Source of the DNA: Octopus sinensis
Taxonomy: Eukaryota
DNA: 64,000 nt
Assembly: GCF_006345805.1 (NCBI RefSeq)
Contig: NC_043005.1
Coordinates: forward strand, 85,870,001 to 85,934,000
Reading direction: 5' to 3'
Positions within the stretch are counted from its first letter, which is position 1, and every line of letters begins with the position of its first letter. Positions 55,405-64,000 of this stretch are shown here, one piece after another. The notes beneath the pieces were generated by a model, which searched no databases, was not told the origin of the DNA, and saw only the letters and a list, made by a program, of their open reading frames with translations. Made by a program: the position numbers and the translations under genes.

Positions 55405-56510
55405 CATCTCTATCACAGCTTGCTCTTCTCCCCTCACCTACCTATCTACTTATTCTGCCACCACACCTCTACTCTCTCTAAATTTGCACTCAAAAACCAA
55501 CTGCACACACAACCACAGCCACACACCACAAGGAAGATGACGAGTAACTGGAAGTCTAGAGAGATAGGATTCTCCTTGCGTGCCTGTGAAATCACAGAAG
55601 GCGATTGCCCAAATAAGTTAATCACAGCTGCTCTGAAGACCAATGGTTTCTCCAGATCTGTGGCAGAAATAGAGGGGGAGAAGAGTTAATCCGATCTTAT
55701 GCGCTCTTACGGCCACACCTGGAGACACTGGACATCATTTTCAAAAGTGGCAAAAAACATGATGACATTGCCTGTGAGAAACCTCACATAGAAAGCAGTG
55801 GCAACATTAACGCCAAAGATACAAAGCTCAACAAGGAAAGAAGCGGGAAAAGTGCGAACAACCACAGTCCCAACACCTCTCAAAGCAGCAATGGGGAAGT
55901 AGTAAAAGATGAAACCAACCGAAAGCCAGGTGAAAATGCTTCTAAAATAAAAACCCAAATGAAACCCTATCAGACAAAAGGGTCTATCTTCAAGTTCCAC
56001 AACAAGAGTGTCTTCTGGCATGGAGAGATTGAGACAAACTGCCGCTTTGCGCACCCAGAACTAGAGCAAAATCCACCCCTCACCCAACAAACGAAACAAC
56101 CACACTTAGAAAAATCTATATCCGAGGACAAACCTGCAGAAAAGATGGCCAGACAGAAGTCATATGCAGATGCAGTACAAGTTGCAGTGGTTGAGTAACA
56201 ACATATTGTAAGTGTGGCACAGGAAATAGTGCAATGGTTATCATGGATACAGACAAAGCCGAGCTATGTAAATTCGCACCTTAGAGATCTACATGGAGTT
56301 GATGTGGAAGTTTTCAAGGAACGTCTGGATAGGTTTCTGTCAGAGATAGAAGATGAACCCACATTGCGGCAGGAGACGCAAAGAAGAGCAGCTCCGTCCA
56401 TCTCGCTACTTCACCAAAAACAGTACTGGAAACAACACCGAGTAACTACAGGTGGTGCACCAGCTTGACCTCAGTCCTGGGCTGAAACCAGTAAAAGGAA
56501 AAAGATAAAA
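55405..56510 (+). mobile_element. CR1-type LINE derivative: 5' UTR and decayed ORF1 joined to the extreme 3' end of ORF2
   Basis: ORF1-like MTSNWKSRE.., decayed CCCH finger (..NCRFAHPE) and KSYADAV; at about 56275 it switches to HLRDLHGVDVEVFKERLDRFLSEIEDEPT..SLLHQ and the CR1 3' UTR. Confidence 0.8.
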
Positions 56511-56546
56511 GATATATATACATGGACACATATACACACGCACATG

Positions 56547-56653
<107 letters not shown>

Positions 56654-56891
56654 GTGTGTGTATGTATATAGCTTGTACTCGCTCCGGTCATCAGACTGCA
56701 GCCGTGCTGGAGCATCTCCTTGAAATAATTTTTGTGTAAGAAATCGACATTAGTACTAATTTTTTAAACATGGGATTTATTTTATCTCTTTCTTATTCTG
56801 AACTGCTAGGTTGTGGGAATATAAACAAACCCACACCGGTTGTCAAGCAGTGGTAGGATACGAACATTGACGTGGAGACACCCACATATAT

Positions 56892-56940
<49 letters not shown>

Positions 56941-57103
56941 GGGCTTCTTTCAGTTTCCATCTATCACATCTACACACAAGCTTTCAGTCGGCCCGAGCAT
57001 TTGTTAGACGATTTTTTCTCAAGAGGCCACACAGTGGGATTAAACCAGTAACCACACAGTCCCGACTCCCCCTGAACACACTCACACACGTACGCACACA
57101 TGC

Positions 57104-57138
<35 letters not shown>

Positions 57139-57180
57139 TGTATGTATGTATGTATGTATGTATGTATGTATGTATGTATG

Positions 57181-57217
<37 letters not shown>

Positions 57218-57388
57218 TTATGTATGTATGTATGTACGTATGAATATATATATATGTATTGTGAAGGCCATGAAAAGAGCATAAAAAGAGAAAACCATTC
57301 AAAATGGAGAAATTTTAGCAAATATTTTATTAGTTGAACGTTTTAAAAGGAAGCGGAGACGTCATAAAATATGTGTATATGAGAAAGC

Positions 57389-57453
<65 letters not shown>

Positions 57454-58488
57454 CATATATATCTATATATAAATAGATACATACATATATATATATGTAT
57501 ATATATACACACACATATATACATATATCAACGTATAAATGAATTCACTTTCATATATGCATGTATGAGCACTTCCCCTCGTATGTGTATGACTTTTTCT
57601 CTGTCATCCCGTATTTATTGGTCGCTTATAATTTTCTTTGTTTAATTTTGAAGTATGTACATATGTATATATGTGTGTACATGTGTGTATGTGTGCGTGT
57701 GAATGAGTTTGTGCGTATATGTGTGTGTGTGTGTGTGTGCGTGTGCGTGTGAGTCCTTGTGTATGTATACCGAAGGTTATTAAATAGCACTTCATTGCTC
57801 TAAAATATTAGGTTACACTCATAAAACTAATCGTGGCAACAGATATAGACTTATACAGTCGTGATATCGGCAAGTGGGAGGGAAAGAAGGCCTTCCACGG
57901 CAGCACAGATAATGATTCTGTTCTATATACAATATGTGTTATTGTTACCTAGTCTTACATCGTTTAATGAAACAAAGGATTATAGTATGTTTTCTAAATT
58001 TTAGAGGAGGAGAGGTGGAGGAGAGGAACGTTTACTGCGAATATCATTAAACGTTGTTATTTTTGAAGCGGCCATTTTATAAATTTTTATTGCTGGTTAT
58101 AATTTTATATTTGTCCTTTACTGCTTACGTTGTACTTTTAAAAAACAACAGAACGATTACTATACTTTGTTTTATTTCCTTTCATATCAGACTATGTGTA
58201 AATGCTGTGCTATATTTGGCTTTCCTCCTCACTTTCAGAATTCTATTTAAGTTCAAGTTGTCATAATGTATTTGGGTTAAATTCTTAATGCGTTTTTGCA
58301 TTCTCTTCTCTTCTTTCCCGGATATACATTCCTCACTCGTAGTAATTCTTTATGTTTTCGTATAGCAGGACTTCGTTTGTATTTAGTTCTATTTCCATAT
58401 GGAAAATCAAGAGCACAATCTAGAATTGTTTTTATAAGAAAAATATCAAAATATAAATCGCAATGAAGAGAGACTGCGAACATATATA

Positions 58489-58710
58489 TAGCAATCCCTC
58501 GACTATCGCTGGTGTTACGTTCCAAACTCCCCGCGATAGGTGAATATCCGCGTAGTAGAAACAGTACTGTACTGCATACTTTTTATTATTATTTTCATAA
58601 TTTTTATATATTTATTGTATTATAAATGCAAAACAACACCACAGAGGAATCGACTAAACCTTAATTAATAAACCGCGATTGATGCACCGAGATATGGCGA
58701 GGAATAACTG
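58489..58710. mobile_element. pogo/Tigger-like MITE
   Basis: Left TAGCAATCCCTCGACTATCGC and right GCGAGGAATAACTG|TA form degenerate CAGT(A/T)AT.CCTCG TIRs with TA flanks. Confidence 0.65.
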
Positions 58711-58822
58711 TATACCCACGCCCGCACACTCATACATACATACATACATACATACATACATACATACATACATACATACATACATGCATATATATATACA
58801 TATATATATATTTTTTTATAAA

Positions 58823-58868
<46 letters not shown>

Positions 58869-59870
58869 GTAGATTGATAGGTGTATGGGTGGATTGAACT
58901 TGTCGTTACTTCATAGAATTTGCTAAACTTATACGAGAACATTTAACTTCTAAAGATTTCCATTGTTGTATTTCATCTTGAATATAATTGTTATAAAATG
59001 TTTGCTAACCACTTGTATACAGAATTATTTGATTTAAGTGGTGTTTACTGTCTAATTTTGATATATGTCAGTGGTGAAATGGAACGATAGTAAAGAAAAT
59101 TGACGCAATCTGATTTCGTATATTGATCCGCACAGCATGAGAATTATTTTCAGATGAAGAAGTCTCTTCGCCTTTCATTCCGTATTATCTTAGAATCCAA
59201 AGAAAAAAGAAATTTCTTTTGACACATAGTATTTTCCACATGCAAGAATCATAGGTTGGTGTTAAGCTGTTGGCATTCAGAATTTGTAAGATAGTTTTAC
59301 TTCTGCGTGAGGTCATTTCACTTCTAGCTGAGATTTATAACCATTTTAAAGTTGCAGATGGATAATGTCTTCGAACATATGAAGCTGAAAGGGTTCAATA
59401 ATGCACCCACTCTCTATAATTATGTTCTACTATTGCACAGGATCGCTTGGAGACAAACAGAATCCGCAGAATCTGATGTTGTTCTGCCTTGACAAAAGTG
59501 TATGTTGTTAAAATGTTAAAATGTTTTAGTTCCTATAGGATTGTGAAAATATTTAAAACTTTTCTGATCGCGCACTTCATCAAATAGAGACGAAAATTTT
59601 CTTTGTCCATCGGTGGCTGTAGGAAGTCTTACATAATGTTTTAAATTTACGAAATAAAAACAGTATGAAATAAAAACAGTATGGTGAGAGCATGGTGTTT
59701 TGCTCAAGGACAGAAAACACCAGTCGATCTAGGAATTAAAACTACGATCATACGATTGTAAGTACACCCCCCCTAACCACTACATACACACCCACACACA
59801 CACACATGGTCAATTCAAAAGATAACGTTCACAAAGAATGTATTAGTTTATCGCTCATTAAAAAGAGTTT

Positions 59871-59897
59871 GACGTTTCGAACATAGCTCTTCGTCAG
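59871..59897 (-). ncRNA. Minimal Penelope-type hammerhead motif
   Basis: CTGACGA-A-GAGC-TAT-GTTC-GAAAC-GTC; stem I poorly formed. Confidence 0.55.
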
Positions 59898-60114
59898 AGG
59901 AGAAAGGAAAAAGTCCAAAGGCGGAAAACAAATCGCCAATAACATGTGTGTAGTTACATTATATATGCATATACATATACATATATGTGTTTATGTGTGT
60001 GTGTGTGTGTGTGTGTGTAATTGAATAAGTTGGAATCAACGAGAGAAACACGCTTTTGTAATCACTACAATCGTTTCCACGCAACGTAGTTCTTCTGGTT
60101 CATTCATATATATG

Positions 60115-60146
<32 letters not shown>

Positions 60147-60769
60147 TGTATGTATGTATGTATGTGTGTACCAAAATTGCTGAAACGGGATTTTTTCCTG
60201 CCTAGGTGCGAGACGAAATGTGTTCTCTACCATCGGATCTGCCACTCTCACATCCTGAGAAACCAGAAAATTCTTCAACTAACACGTATACGCATGAACA
60301 CATATACACATAACCTGACGTTGAAATTTCGGGCACACACACACACACAATTCCCTCTCTACCAACCAAACCCTACATATACACAAACCCCTTAACCTAA
60401 CTGAACCTGTTTTCGCTTACCAGACACTTATTTTATTCCATCACAGGTAACTCAGGTGTTTCGGGGCCATGAGACATAACTTTTAAATCTCTATAAATCT
60501 CTCACAATTTATCCCTCTTGACTTTTATTTCCTCTTTCTCCCTCAGCAACCACAAATCCAATGTAATAATTTCTCACCTCCAATAACAGAGAACAGATGC
60601 TATATTTTTTTCTAACTTGCTATCTTCCAAGAACACGTATATTTGATAACCAGTTTGATATCTAATATCCGGTGTGAAACCCATTAAAAAAATCGATTGA
60701 AATAGGTCTGTAACACTGTATATATAAAGATCGATACACCCATTTTATTTTACAGATAGTAGAAAGCGC

Positions 60770-61352
60770 GTGGGTTAGATTTTGGGGTAATCGGATTACG
60801 ATTATTGGGCCGTGAGTTCAATACCAGACAGCGTGTTGTGTCCTTGAGCAAGACACTTTATTTCACGTTGCTCCACTCCACACAGCTGGCAAAAATGAGC
60901 TGGACCTGTATTTCGAAGGGCTGAATCTCCTTAAGAACTACGTTAAGACGCGTCTTTAGAGTCCTCAGCCATTTGCACATTCATATCATGCACCAGCTGT
61001 TCCTGTTGCTGTTGAGCGTAGCGGTCTTCGTCCAGTGGCAGAAGTCCGAAACGTGGTCCTTTGCTATTCGTAAGACCCGCAGAAGAGAAAGCAGGTCAAC
61101 CCCCGACGCCGACACCATCGACGGATGGATGAATGCGCATCCAGGCTCAGCAGTTGCGTAGGAAGTCGGGGACAAGAAACAGGAAGAAAGAGTGAAAGTT
61201 GGAGCGAAAGAGTACAACAGGGGTCTCCACGACCCCCTGCCGGAGCCTCGTGGAGATTTAGGTGTTTTCGCTCAATAAACACGCACAACGCCCGGTCTGG
61301 AAATCGATACCACGAGTACGCTGCCTTAACCATTGGGCCATTGAGCCTCCAC
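60770..61352. mobile_element. Two tail-to-tail SINEs (+ 60770-60925; - 60925-61352)
   Basis: CORE-like domain on the plus strand; S4 head and body on the minus strand. Confidence 0.8.
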
Positions 61353-61729
61353 TGCACCAACTGGTCACTTGATTGGATCAACAGGAATAGATGTGGTCGT
61401 AATTGACAGAATACCAGTTCTTTTCTTTAATAACTATTCTTCTCACTTACGGATTCTTAGCTGAATGTGTGTGTGCGCGCGCGCATATGTGTACCATGTA
61501 TGTATCGCACTCATCCCCGGCCTCAATCATATAGTCAATTCTCAAGTGAAAATGGAGTGTGCAGATAGATTCCTGTTTCTCTACTGTGTACCATGAACAG
61601 GAAAGAGTTGCGTTTCTTTTGTTAGTTATCGATGGAAAATATTGACAAGACTGAGTTCTCCAGCGTTTATTATTTCACAAATCATTAACTTATTGATATA
61701 TACTTGTTCTAGATATTCGTTTGTATTCT

Positions 61730-61990
61730 CGGTACAAGGCCCGAAATTTGGGGGGAGTCGATGACATCGATCCTTGTACGCAACTAGTACTTAATTTATC
61801 AACGCCAAAAGGATGAAAGGCAAAGTCGACTTCGGCTGATAAAAGATATACTGTACGTATATTCTTTTCTACTCTAGGCAGAAGGCCTGAAAATTTGGGG
61901 GAGAGTCAATCAAATAGATCGACCCTAGTACGTAACAGGTAATTAATTTATCGACGCCGAAAAGATGAAAGGCAAAGTCGACCTCGGCGG
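61730..61990 (-). mobile_element. Two tandem partial S1 SINE bodies
   Basis: TTAATTTATC.ACGCC.AAA.GATGAAAGGCAAAGTCGAC occurs twice. Confidence 0.75.
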
Positions 61991-63544
61991 ACATTTGTTC
62001 GAGATATTACTTGCAAGGAGTCCGAGTACACTGCAGTCAACTCCCACACCGACCCACTGGTTAGGGGTCATAATTAGTACTCATAAGAAAACATAGTATC
62101 TGGATTATTGATTCATGTCATGCGGTGAAAACTAAATAGTATTAGATTATTGACTTACGCTAATCCAATTTAATCTTGGCAAGTAAGGGGTATAATCCTT
62201 AGACGACAGTAAAGCATGAATTCAGTGTATCTAAGAAATTAACGAAATGTGATCAATTGTGTGTAAATGTGCCTCTGTGTCGCTCTGTGAAGGCGCGTAG
62301 CCTAGTGGTCAGAGTGTTGCATGCACGATCGCTAGATCGTGGGTTCGATTCACAGACTAGGTGGCACGTTGCGTTCTTGAACATGATACTTCAGAGAAGC
62401 CACTCCCGTATTCATCTCAGGTTTATTCACTGGATCCGGGCTCTCCAAGGTTGTCTAGAGATAGTGCTGCAGAAGATTCATATGTATAGGACATGCACAA
62501 TGACAGACCACCATTAGACTAGTGTCTCTGTGTATATTTATATGATACAGTCAAACCGAATGCTGATATTCTGAAGGCACTGAATGTATTTAATGCACGT
62601 GTTTCTGATCATTGTGCAAGAGAGAATGAGAAATTCATGTTACATAAAACTACTCACTCAAGACATTTCAAAATATGTGTGGTACAGTAGAATATACGAT
62701 CATCATCAACATCATCGTCGTCATCATCATCATCATTATCATCATCGTCGTCATCATCACCACCATCATCATCACCATCATCGTCATCACATCATCATGA
62801 TCATCATCATCATCACCATCAGCGCCACCTCCACCACCACCACCACCATCATCACCATCATCACCATCATCACCATCATCACCATCATCATCTTCATCCT
62901 CATCATCCTTATCATCACCACCACCACCACCGCCATCATCATCATCATTATCCTCATCATCATCATCATCATCACCACCATCATCATCACCATCATAATC
63001 ATCATCATCATCATCCTTATCATCATTAACATCGTCGTCATCATTTTCCTTCACTTCCCCTTCAGCAATATTAACACCGTCTTTATCGTAGATATTTATG
63101 CTACACCGAATAACCCCAGCATCGACGTATTCAAGTAGCCGGCATTAACCCATCTATTTCGCTGTCAGATCATATTTCTTCAGTATTGGTCACTATTATA
63201 ATTATTAGGAACATTTCGCTCGTTAATGTCTATTCTAAGGAAACAACAAATGGCAGCAAAAACAGAAGATGGACGCATTTTTATGGCATTTTACATTGAT
63301 ATGACCTCACACATTTTTTTACTGAATGCACCACAATAATGAAGAGACACAGAAATCTTAATGTAGTGTTTTAGAATCACCGCAGGAAATGTCCTCAGTG
63401 TCTTCTTTTTCCAGCGAGGCCACGTTTATGTGTTTACCAAACAAACACAAGCGCATATGTGTACGGTGCATCTGAATTGAATTCCACAGAGTGAAGCCAG
63501 ATGTGTTAATTTGGAGCAGTGAACTCTTCTACAGCGCGCTGCTC

Positions 63545-63578
63545 ACACACATACACATATACATACACAAATCCATAA

Positions 63579-63640
<62 letters not shown>

Positions 63641-63687
63641 GCATGCGTACATATGTGTGTGTGTATAAACATATACATTTATATATG

Positions 63688-63745
<58 letters not shown>

Positions 63746-63950
63746 TATGTATATATGTACATCCACACATGCACAAACCCACAAACACAACCGCACATAT
63801 ATATACACACACACACACACACATATATATATGTTTGTGTGTCTGTATAAACATATACATTTATATATGTGTGTATGTATATATATAAGTGTGTATATAT
63901 GTACACACACTGAGACACTCTCACACATACATATGTATGTATGTGTTTGT
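63545..63950. repeat. (AC)n/(AT)n/(GT)n microsatellite cluster
   Basis: Direct reading. Confidence 0.9.
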
Positions 63951-64000
63951 GTGTGTGCGAAAAGTATGATAGAACAATAAAATTTATATCGCCCTGAAGG

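Noticed and set aside
59357-59500. Splice-bounded open frames (MDNVFEHMK.., SLGDKQNPQNLMLFCLDKS)
   Set aside because: Competing frames, no recognisable domain and no linked exons.
60973-61161. ORF with a signal-peptide-like start and basic sites (MHQLFLLLLSVAVF..RRR)
   Set aside because: It lies antisense within the body and tail of an S4-type SINE, so it is most likely repeat-derived.

Overview
AT-rich, microsatellite-dense eukaryotic DNA. The SINE/LINE repertoire is most consistent with a coleoid cephalopod (Octopus-like); this rests on recalled repeat families, not a search. No intact protein-coding gene is recognisable, and most supplied ORFs are translations of (AT)n, (AAT)n, (ATC)n and (ATGT)n repeats. 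The window is a transposon graveyard: R4/Dong- and HERO-type RLE retrotransposon pieces, CR1- and RTE-type LINE pieces, a Penelope-like (GIY-YIG) element, mariner, Tc1 (DD34E), maT and pogo-like DNA transposon relics, a non-autonomous Helitron and many tRNA-derived SINEs. Most notable: (1) type I hammerhead-ribozyme-like motifs from several unrelated repeat families, often as inverted pairs, one with a fully intact core at 35395-35454; (2) a CR1 derivative whose ORF1 is joined to the last ~60 codons of ORF2; (3) a 521-bp foldback element; (4) a fold-back plus 24-nt templated insertion matching a nearby mariner; (5) tentative small-exon gene models for two possibly related short Cys-containing peptides. 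Some near-perfect palindromes and one tandem duplication may be assembly artefacts.
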